IMG/VR virus record: IMGVR_UViG_3300032285_001531 | Source: a virus | Lineage: Duplodnaviria; Caudoviricetes | Length of the DNA stretch: 64,000 nucleotides | Direction: 5' to 3' (one strand) | Part shown: one piece after another, positions 43,650 through 52,181 of the stretch | Position numbering within the stretch: position 1 is the stretch's first letter | Layout of the letters: the number at the start of each line of letters is the position of its first letter | Notes under the pieces: generated by a model | The model's input: only the letters and a program-made list of their open reading frames with translations | The model's database searches: none | Told to the model about the DNA's origin: nothing | Translations under genes and position numbers: made by a program

Positions 43650-44516
43650 ATGAACCTTAAGGAATTAGCTAATTTTAAACTGCATGACGCAATATTTTTT
43701 CACGACCAATTGAATCCAGCGATTTTTGAGAGTGAGAAAATGCGTCCCTATGTACGTGACCAACTCATTTTAATAGCAGAAGATTTTATTGACCATTTAG
43801 GAATCAGTGATATTGACGTAACAGATGTTACATTATCAGGGTCAAATGCAGCATACACTTATACAATGCATAGCGATATAGATTTGCACATTTTAGTTGA
43901 TATGAGCAAACTCAATAACGATATGATATACCGTGAATTCTTTGATGCTAAAAAGACAATTTACAATGACTCACATGACATTACCATTAGTGGATATGAA
44001 GTAGAACTATATGTACAGGATACTAATGATCCTGTTGTTTCATTAGGTGAATATAGCGTACTACATGACAAGTGGATCCGTTTGCCAAAGAAAAGTCGTG
44101 CCAATCTAGATCAAAATGCCAGTCGCTTAAAGTTTGATAAATTATATCATTTAGCACATTTAGCATTGAAACATAATGACATGGATAAGATTGAGAATGT
44201 CATAAAAACAATTAAGAAATATCGTCAGAATGGCTTAGATATGCATGGCGAGTTTGGTCCTGAAAATTTAGCATTTAAAGCATTACGTAGTAAAGGTATA
44301 ATTGAACAATTATACAATAGATTAAATTCCTTGCATAGCGAGAAACTAAGTTTACCAGAAGCTAGTGGATACATTCCAAGCAAAAAAGAAAAGAATGATC
44401 CACGATTTAAAACTGCTCTTACTGTAGATATAACCCCAAACAGTATAAGAGACAATGCAAGAAAATTGGGAAGTAAAATAAGCAGAGCAGGTGTACCGCC
44501 TACTCTAAGACCATAA
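43650..44516 (+). CDS. Pol-beta superfamily nucleotidyltransferase
   Basis: Start re-called at ATG 43650 (GATAAATA at 43637-44). LSGSNAAYTYTMHSDIDLHILVD (GS-x10-DxD), VELYVQD, FGPENLAFKALR; C-terminal module after LPE|A. Confidence 0.82.
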   Translation: MNLKELANFKLHDAIFFHDQLNPAIFESEKMRPYVRDQLILIAEDFIDHLGISDIDVTDVTLSGSNAAYTYTMHSDIDLHILVDMSKLNNDMIYREFFDAKKTIYNDSHDITISGYEVELYVQDTNDPVVSLGEYSVLHDKWIRLPKKSRANLDQNASRLKFDKLYHLAHLALKHNDMDKIENVIKTIKKYRQNGLDMHGEFGPENLAFKALRSKGIIEQLYNRLNSLHSEKLSLPEASGYIPSKKEKNDPRFKTALTVDITPNSIRDNARKLGSKISRAGVPPTLRP

Positions 44517-44535
44517 GTATAGGGAGAAATTTAAA

Positions 44536-45930
44536 ATGGCAAACGTAGTATCTAACGCATATGTATGGACTAGTACACCTACTATTGTAACCACTGCAGT
44601 AAATGCAGCAACAAGTACATCACCAAATGCAAACGTAACAATTGTTGCAGTAACTAATCAAGCTAACGGTCAACCGGGGCAGATTCAATTTTCTGGAATC
44701 GCACCGTCAGGATCATTTGGCTCAACAGGTGATTTAACCTATGATCAAATAGGAAAAGTACTTGCAGTCAATGGTAACGTATTAGCAGCCGGTAATGTTA
44801 ATTCACGAGGAAATATTTTTTCTTCAGGTGGTATTTCTGCTGCTGGAAATATTGTTTCTTTAGGAAATGCAACAGTTAATTCACTTACAGCAAATGCTAA
44901 TATTAATGCCGGTAATCTTAGTGTTACAGGTATATTCACTGCTAATGTGTTAAATGGTAATATCGTTTCACCAAATCAATCTAATATTACAAATGTAGGT
45001 ACATTAACTAAATTAAATGTAACTGGTAATATAGCTGCTAGTTCAAGATTAGATGTTACTGGACCTATTCAAACTTTAGCTAACGTTGCTGCAGTAGGGC
45101 AAAATTCTTGGATCACAGGAGCTTACGCTGGATTTACTGGAAATGTATTTGCTGGTAATGTTTATGCAAATGGCGGAATTACTGCAGTGGGTAATGTAGT
45201 AGCTGCTGGATTTATACAATCTGTTTCATTTAGTAGTACAGGTAATGTACAAGCAGGTAATCTAAGAGCGACAGGTGGATTAAGTGTTGCAGGTACTATT
45301 ACTGGTGTTAATGGTGTAGTATCCGGTGGAATTACTCAATCTTCAGGTAATATCATTACAAGTGCAAGTATTTCTGCTACAGGTGCTATTAACGCAGGTG
45401 GAAATATTTTTGCAGTGGGAACTATGTATGCACAAGGAAATATTACAAGTTTAGCAAATATTTCTGCTAGTGGTAATATTATATCAGGTGCAAATATATG
45501 TGCAGCAGGTAATGTATCTGCTTATGCTATGTTCTCTAGCAATCTACAAACAGGAAATGTTGTAGCTACCGGATTCATCACTAGTATAGGTAACCTAACA
45601 TCAGCTAATGTTAATACTACAGGTAATGTACAAGGCGGTAATTTAAGAACAACTGGGTTAATCAGTGCTACTGGCAATATCAATACTGCAGGTAATGTTA
45701 GTGCTACTAGCAACGTAATTGGTGCAAATGTATTGACTGGAGGAATAGTAAGCGCATCAGGAAATGTAATAGGTAATGTTGTTTATGGCAATCTACTTTC
45801 AATGACTTCACTAACAACTAAAACAGGAACAAGCCCAGGTACTGCAGGACAAATGGCTTGGGACGGAAGTTATATCTATGTATGTACAGCAACTAATGTT
45901 TGGAAACGTGCAACACTAAGTTCATTCTAA
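44536..45930 (+). CDS. Repetitive beta-helical fibre/spike protein
   Basis: Many short repeats containing GN(V/I) and a C-terminal GTAGQMAWDGSYIYVCTATNVWKR motif. Confidence 0.75.
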   Translation: MANVVSNAYVWTSTPTIVTTAVNAATSTSPNANVTIVAVTNQANGQPGQIQFSGIAPSGSFGSTGDLTYDQIGKVLAVNGNVLAAGNVNSRGNIFSSGGISAAGNIVSLGNATVNSLTANANINAGNLSVTGIFTANVLNGNIVSPNQSNITNVGTLTKLNVTGNIAASSRLDVTGPIQTLANVAAVGQNSWITGAYAGFTGNVFAGNVYANGGITAVGNVVAAGFIQSVSFSSTGNVQAGNLRATGGLSVAGTITGVNGVVSGGITQSSGNIITSASISATGAINAGGNIFAVGTMYAQGNITSLANISASGNIISGANICAAGNVSAYAMFSSNLQTGNVVATGFITSIGNLTSANVNTTGNVQGGNLRTTGLISATGNINTAGNVSATSNVIGANVLTGGIVSASGNVIGNVVYGNLLSMTSLTTKTGTSPGTAGQMAWDGSYIYVCTATNVWKRATLSSF

Positions 45931-45954
45931 GAGAAAAAATATAGGAAATATTAA

Positions 45955-48900
45955 ATGGCAACACCAACTAATCCAAATTTGTTTGTAGATGAATCATCAG
46001 CAGCTCCATCGCCTAACGTAATATCGGTACAAACTAATACAAACGATACAAAAACGTTAATTGCTAACTACAATGATCCTGCCTTGTATGCTACTCCACT
46101 ACTACAAATTAGAAATGACGTAGGCGGTAGTAAAGGACAGATTCAATTCCATAACGGAACCACATTTGGTGGTAGTAGCAATTTAACATTTGACGCAAAT
46201 GTAGCGAATGTTTCTAAACTAAGTCTCCGCGGAGACATGTATATCTATGGCAATCTTGTAGCAAACATTAACACAAATTTAAATAATCTTAGAATCACAG
46301 GTGGATTAGGTAATCAAATATTAGCTACTGATGGTACTGGTAATTTACATTGGGTATCATATGATCCTAATATTGCAAGTGGTATATTTAATGGTAACAG
46401 TAATGTTATTGTGTATCCGAATGCAGATATAAGATTTAGTAGTAACAATGTTCCTAATGTAGTTATAGTTAATAGTTCGGGGATTAGATCAGCTAATCTT
46501 ACTGTTACTGGTAATAGTAACTTAGGTGCTAACAGTAACGTAAAACTTGCTGGTGGATTACCAGGACAATTTTTAAAGACAGATGGTTATGGTAATTTAA
46601 GTTGGGATCAACCTGCTGGCATCTATATGTCAGAAACAGCTCCTTTTGTAGGAGAAGGCAATGTATGGTTCAATACAGACGAAGGACGTGCTTATGTAAG
46701 TTATGATGGTACATGGGTAGACATGAGTCCTGCAATCATGCCTAATCCTGATCTATATGCTAACACAATTACATTCCCAGATGGCAGTGTACAAACTACT
46801 GCAAGTGGCGGAGGAGGCGGTGGTGGCAATAGTATTAGTAACGGCGGTTCTAATATAACTATACCTTCAGCTAACGGAAATATTCTAATAAATCCATACG
46901 GTACTGCAACATACGAACGTTGGAAATTTGATACTGATGGTAATATTACCACAACCAACGGTGTTGCAAAGATTATACACACTAATGACGGTGGTATTGG
47001 AATCAGATCGGCTGCAACTGCTAAACCAAGTTTAAGTTATGCAGGATCATTAATTGATGATCCAGATACAAGTAATATAGTAGTAGGGTCTAATATAGTA
47101 ATTACAACTGACACTGGTAATAAGATTTGGAATTTTGATTCATCTGGTGGTTTAACATTACCAGAAAACACATATATTATTGGAACAACTGATTATGGCA
47201 TAGAATCAGCAGTTAATGGTTATACCTCAGGAATATATTTTAATGGTAATCACGTTGGTGGTACTACTATCGTATATTCTACTAACGATGCTATGATTCG
47301 TTCTGACAATAACGGAACATTTAAAGATTGGACATTTGGTAAAAACGGCAACATAATATTCCCTGGTGGCACAACAACATTAGGTGAAGCCGTAGGAAGT
47401 GGATTCGCACTTAATACTACTAGTGACATCACTATATTAAAAGATGGTCTTAGTGGCTTTGAAGTCAGAGGTGCTAGTTCAAAAATATATAGTAATAACA
47501 CATCATGGAATTTTAATGACCAAACAGGTCTTACATTCCCAGATTCAACTGTTCAAACAACTGCATTCACTGGTGCTATTGCAGGTGCAAGTGTAACAGG
47601 ACAAGTAGGCAATTCAGTAAAAGCAGGAACAGTATATACAAATGCTCAACCAAACATTACTAGTTTAGGTACATTAACAAGTGTAAGTGTAAGCGGTAAT
47701 GTTAATACTAGCGCAAACGTTAATGCAGCATATTTTATAGGTAACGGCAGTTCATTAACTGGTATTGTTGCTACAGTAGCACAAACAGTTTCAGCAAGTT
47801 CTCAATCAAACATAACTTCAGTTGGCACATTAACTAACCTAGTAGTAGCAGGCAATGTCAATGTAGAAGGTACAACAGATACAGGTGGACCAACATCAGG
47901 TGCACTAAAAACAGCAGGTGGGTTGGGTGTTGCTAAGTCTGCGTCAATAGGTAATGACTTATTCGTAGGTCCAGGTGCAGCATTAACAGCGTTTACAAAT
48001 CCAACTATTATTGCAAAAGATACAGGTTCTGATTATATTCAAGCAGCACTAGTTAACGCAAGTGATACTGGCTCAAGTGACTGGGTAGCATATGGCGATA
48101 ATGGTACTGATAACGGTGGTTGGGTAGACATGGGCTTTACTAGTTCAGCATACAATGACGCTAATTTTACAGTAACAGGACCAAACGATGGCTATGTATT
48201 TGCACAAGCACAAAGTGCAAGTGGATTAGGTGGTAACTTAGTTCTTGCAACTGGTAGCCAAGGTACTACAAATGATATCATATTTGCAACTGGTGGATTC
48301 TTAACAGAAAATATATTTGGTAAAATAGTAGATGCAACACAAACACTAGATATTCCTGCAGGTAGTGCCAACATAGGCGGCAATCTACACATAGGCGGAA
48401 CTGCTAATATTGATGGTAATGCAAAATTTAGTAGTAATGTATTAATAACACATGATTTACAAGTTAATGGTAATATTAATTTCAACGGTGATGTAACACA
48501 GATTTCAGGTGTGTCTGGACAATTCTTTGGTGATGCAAACGGTATCGGTGCGTTATATGCTGGTGTTAGTACAGGATATTCTGTTGTAGCAAATCCAGTA
48601 ATACAAGCTGCTACTAATGTAAATGATTATACTCAAATTAACTTCCAAAACTTAAACGGTGGCAATACATCAAGTACAGAATACGCAGCGACAGCAGACA
48701 ATGGTAATGACAATATAAACTACATTGACTTTGGTATTGCAGGCGGAAGCTGGGACGGCACACAGACAAATAGCGTAGGCGATGCTGCTCATGCAGATGA
48801 TGGTTGGGTATATGTACAAGGTGGAACAGGTGGTGGTAACTTAATTTTAGGTGCAACATCTACTAACAAATCAGTTAAGATTTTAACAGGTGGTGCAGGT

Positions 48901-50415
48901 AATGCTAATATCAGAGCTAAATTTTATGACTCTGGTCTAAGTGTAGTTGGTAATGTTATTGCTGCTTATCTACGTGGTGATGGTAGCAACATTAGCAATG
49001 TTCCTGCTGCTAATGTTAGCGGTTTAGGTAATATATCTACTATTAACTTAAACGGTAGTTCTTCACAAGTATTATACGGTAATGGTGTATTTGCTGCAGC
49101 AGGTGGTAGTAGTTCATATGGTAATAGTAATGTAGCCACATATCTAGCAAGCTATGGTAGCAACACAATTACTACAACAGGTAATGTTAGTGTTGGTAAC
49201 ATCATTGCTACAAATATCGGTAATGCGGCTGCGATTAATTTAACAGGTAGCACAAGTAATGTGTTATATGGTAATGGAGTATTTGCACCGATTACATCAA
49301 GCTATGGTGATAGTAATGTTGCAACATTATTAGGTGCATTTGGTTCAAACAATGTTTCTACTACTGGTAATATTACTGCAAATAATATGACAGCAAGTGG
49401 TAATATTTCTCTTGCAGGTAATATCTATTCAGGACTTGGTGGAAGCAAAGGGTTTGTATTAGGAAATGTAAATTCAAGATTTATGGCAGTTGGAAGTAAC
49501 GCATACATTACTCTTGCTCAAAATATTATGTTGCAGCCGGATAACGCTGCATATGCAGGAGCAGGTGTTCAAGTTGGTGGAAGTGGATATTTATTAGCAC
49601 CTAACGGCAGTCGTGTTATTACATTAGGAAATGACGGGTCACTTTCTACAAATGGTGACATTAAGGGTTTTGGCAATGCCAATATATCCGGAAGTTTAAC
49701 CCGTAGTGGTAGCATCACAACATTAGCATGGGGTAGTAGTGGTATTGGTTTGAAACTGGCAAGTGCAACATACACTGATACTTCTACAGCAGCTGGAACA
49801 TTAGCGGCACAATATATTCACAGTATAGGTGCACCAACATATGCATTTAGTAATGCAGTTACACTTACAAATGCCGCAACACTATATGTTAACTCCCCAA
49901 CAGCAGGTGCAAATGCAACATTTACAAATTCATGGGCTATCTATACTAACGGTAATGTAGGAGTCTTAGGTAATTTAACAGTATCTGGTTCAGGTGCTAT
50001 TACTATGCCGAATCGTCCGGCATTCCGTGTTGTTGGTACTGGCGGGCAGATTGCTTCTGTTACAACGATAACCAGTGCAAACTGGACACAAGACTTTCAA
50101 CAAGGTACAGCACTTGATGGAACAACTGGTATCTTCACTGCTCCATTAGCTGGGTTATATCAAGTTAATTTAGTTGTTAGATGCTATACAAACTCGGGAC
50201 CTTCAGCACAAGTTATTTGTCGCAAAACTACTGCTATTGGTAGTGTTGTAACTACTGCAATCATGGTAGAGTGGGCTTCTAATACTACAATGAATCACAC
50301 CGGTGGTTCAACAATTATAAAATTAGCAGTTGGTGATACTCTTAAGGTTGACGTTGCTTTAGGTAGCATCAGTTTTGATCAAAATGATAACTGGTCAGTG
50401 GCATTTATAGGATAA
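45955..50415 (+). CDS. Tail fibre with a C-terminal C1q-like domain
   Basis: 1486 aa. G..GQ.L.TDG.GNL.W and QPNITS.GTL repeats; C-terminus PAFRV...GIFTAP.AGLYQV...L.VGD.L.V...WS..FIG. Confidence 0.82.
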   Translation: MATPTNPNLFVDESSAAPSPNVISVQTNTNDTKTLIANYNDPALYATPLLQIRNDVGGSKGQIQFHNGTTFGGSSNLTFDANVANVSKLSLRGDMYIYGNLVANINTNLNNLRITGGLGNQILATDGTGNLHWVSYDPNIASGIFNGNSNVIVYPNADIRFSSNNVPNVVIVNSSGIRSANLTVTGNSNLGANSNVKLAGGLPGQFLKTDGYGNLSWDQPAGIYMSETAPFVGEGNVWFNTDEGRAYVSYDGTWVDMSPAIMPNPDLYANTITFPDGSVQTTASGGGGGGGNSISNGGSNITIPSANGNILINPYGTATYERWKFDTDGNITTTNGVAKIIHTNDGGIGIRSAATAKPSLSYAGSLIDDPDTSNIVVGSNIVITTDTGNKIWNFDSSGGLTLPENTYIIGTTDYGIESAVNGYTSGIYFNGNHVGGTTIVYSTNDAMIRSDNNGTFKDWTFGKNGNIIFPGGTTTLGEAVGSGFALNTTSDITILKDGLSGFEVRGASSKIYSNNTSWNFNDQTGLTFPDSTVQTTAFTGAIAGASVTGQVGNSVKAGTVYTNAQPNITSLGTLTSVSVSGNVNTSANVNAAYFIGNGSSLTGIVATVAQTVSASSQSNITSVGTLTNLVVAGNVNVEGTTDTGGPTSGALKTAGGLGVAKSASIGNDLFVGPGAALTAFTNPTIIAKDTGSDYIQAALVNASDTGSSDWVAYGDNGTDNGGWVDMGFTSSAYNDANFTVTGPNDGYVFAQAQSASGLGGNLVLATGSQGTTNDIIFATGGFLTENIFGKIVDATQTLDIPAGSANIGGNLHIGGTANIDGNAKFSSNVLITHDLQVNGNINFNGDVTQISGVSGQFFGDANGIGALYAGVSTGYSVVANPVIQAATNVNDYTQINFQNLNGGNTSSTEYAATADNGNDNINYIDFGIAGGSWDGTQTNSVGDAAHADDGWVYVQGGTGGGNLILGATSTNKSVKILTGGAGNANIRAKFYDSGLSVVGNVIAAYLRGDGSNISNVPAANVSGLGNISTINLNGSSSQVLYGNGVFAAAGGSSSYGNSNVATYLASYGSNTITTTGNVSVGNIIATNIGNAAAINLTGSTSNVLYGNGVFAPITSSYGDSNVATLLGAFGSNNVSTTGNITANNMTASGNISLAGNIYSGLGGSKGFVLGNVNSRFMAVGSNAYITLAQNIMLQPDNAAYAGAGVQVGGSGYLLAPNGSRVITLGNDGSLSTNGDIKGFGNANISGSLTRSGSITTLAWGSSGIGLKLASATYTDTSTAAGTLAAQYIHSIGAPTYAFSNAVTLTNAATLYVNSPTAGANATFTNSWAIYTNGNVGVLGNLTVSGSGAITMPNRPAFRVVGTGGQIASVTTITSANWTQDFQQGTALDGTTGIFTAPLAGLYQVNLVVRCYTNSGPSAQVICRKTTAIGSVVTTAIMVEWASNTTMNHTGGSTIIKLAVGDTLKVDVALGSISFDQNDNWSVAFIG

Positions 50416-50420
50416 AAAAA

Positions 50421-50918
50421 ATGGCAATTAAGAAACATGATTTAGATAACTGGACTCCTGTAGATTCTTCAAATCCATTAAAGAGTTTAGCACATGAGAT
50501 TAACTTGAATTTAACTGATATTGATAATCGTATTAATGCACTGGGCGGTGTAGGTAAGGGTTATGCTGCAGCCTATGTAAATGCTGGTACTTTTGTCACA
50601 TTGGACAATCTTAAGTTTAGCGTGACAACTAGTGGTAATAGAGGTTTGTCATGTGCTACAGTAAGTGGTACAGTAACTCTTAGTATAGCTGCTACTTGGA
50701 TCTTAACTGGCAGTACTGGAGGTAATTCAACTACTTGGCCAGGCGCTACATATACCACAACTCCTCAAGGTCCGTGGTTTGAATATCATTTCCCAAATGC
50801 AGGAGATGGGTCAGTTTATTTGGCAAACGATTATACCAATGGTAAAGTTTATAGAATCACACTATTAATTGGCGCAAATTATAACAATAACTTTATCAGT
50901 ATTGAACGGCTGCTATAA
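50421..50918 (+). CDS. Hypothetical fibre-associated protein
   Basis: 165 aa, beta-rich, SD AGGA, located in the fibre cluster. Confidence 0.65.
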   Translation: MAIKKHDLDNWTPVDSSNPLKSLAHEINLNLTDIDNRINALGGVGKGYAAAYVNAGTFVTLDNLKFSVTTSGNRGLSCATVSGTVTLSIAATWILTGSTGGNSTTWPGATYTTTPQGPWFEYHFPNAGDGSVYLANDYTNGKVYRITLLIGANYNNNFISIERLL

Positions 50919-50951
50919 CAAAGTAAGATAAATATAGAATAAGGAACAAAA

Positions 50952-52169
50952 ATGGCATTAAACTTTCCGGATAGTCCGACAACAGGACAGATATTTGTAG
51001 GTGACAACACAGTTACCTATCTCTACACCGGTGATCGTTGGAGTTCTGCATTAGCGATGCATTTAGGTCTGACTACTTATGTCTACGAGGGCGGTTTTGC
51101 TAATCAAAGTTTCAATCCATTGTTAGATAATATAATTGACGGTGGAGATGCTACTGGTGCAGAATATCCGTTAGTAACTATAACTAATTTTAGTTTTAAT
51201 CAATATGCTACAGGAACAGTTAGTTATAACTGGACTGCTAGTGAACCGATCATAGAAGCAGGTATATTGATTGGTACACAGGGTCAAGTAAATTATGATG
51301 ATGCAGTGGATTATTGTGATGACCCATCTGCTAATGTTCAGAAATTTATATTAAGAACTCCGAACTCACAGTTTTCAGTAGAATGCGGAGATCCAGTAGA
51401 TACATCACCCACTTCCCCAGTAGCACAAGTTGTATATGGTTATCATTGGGCAGGACAAACAGTTGATATTTACAGTTATGTAAAAACTGAAAATGGTCCT
51501 TATTTAAGTAACAAAGAAACTACATATATTCAATATACTCCTTGCTTAGCTGAAGGCACATTAATAACATTAGCAGACGGTACAAGTAAAGTTATAGAAG
51601 ATATTAACTACAGTGATTTATTACGTGTATGGAACTTTGACTTAGGCGAGATGTCAGAAGCATTACCCCTATGGATTAAACAACCACAATATGCTGATGG
51701 TTACTACAAGATAAGTTTCAGCAATAACACAGAATTAAAAGTGGTAGGAGAGTATCCTAAGTCACATAGAATTTTTAACAAAGAAACAGGAATGTTTACA
51801 TATGCTTCAACAGAAGATACACCAGTTGGAACAACAACATTCACAGATTTAGAAAATAATGTTTATGTAGTAAGCAAAGAATTTGTAAAAGAACCTGTAA
51901 GATATTATAACATATTTTCACAGTATCACATGAATGTATTTGCTAATGGTATATTAACATCAACTGGTTTTAATAACTTATATCAGATAACAGATATGAG
52001 ATTTATAAAAGACGATAGAACATTACGTTCTATGGAAGAACTTGAAGGTATAGACACACGTTGGATCTATGGCTTGCGTCTAAGAGAAAATAATACTCCA
52101 GTAGAGGGTATTAAAAATCAAATTAAATTGCTTGAAACATTAGCACAAACTGAATTAGAAATGGTATAA
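50952..52169 (+). CDS. Virion-type protein with a C-terminal Hint domain
   Basis: MALNFP.SP..GQ N-terminal motif and DGGDA. C198-LAEGTLITLADG..K.IEDI...D...V ... VRYYNI......FANGILTS spans 51543-51965. GATAAATA at 50927-50934. Confidence 0.8.
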   Translation: MALNFPDSPTTGQIFVGDNTVTYLYTGDRWSSALAMHLGLTTYVYEGGFANQSFNPLLDNIIDGGDATGAEYPLVTITNFSFNQYATGTVSYNWTASEPIIEAGILIGTQGQVNYDDAVDYCDDPSANVQKFILRTPNSQFSVECGDPVDTSPTSPVAQVVYGYHWAGQTVDIYSYVKTENGPYLSNKETTYIQYTPCLAEGTLITLADGTSKVIEDINYSDLLRVWNFDLGEMSEALPLWIKQPQYADGYYKISFSNNTELKVVGEYPKSHRIFNKETGMFTYASTEDTPVGTTTFTDLENNVYVVSKEFVKEPVRYYNIFSQYHMNVFANGILTSTGFNNLYQITDMRFIKDDRTLRSMEELEGIDTRWIYGLRLRENNTPVEGIKNQIKLLETLAQTELEMV

Positions 52170-52181
52170 CGGGAATAAACT

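Noticed and set aside
51543-51965. Canonical splicing intein
   Set aside because: There is no terminal His-Asn plus nucleophile, no endonuclease, and no interrupted conserved host protein; it was treated as a Hint cleavage domain.
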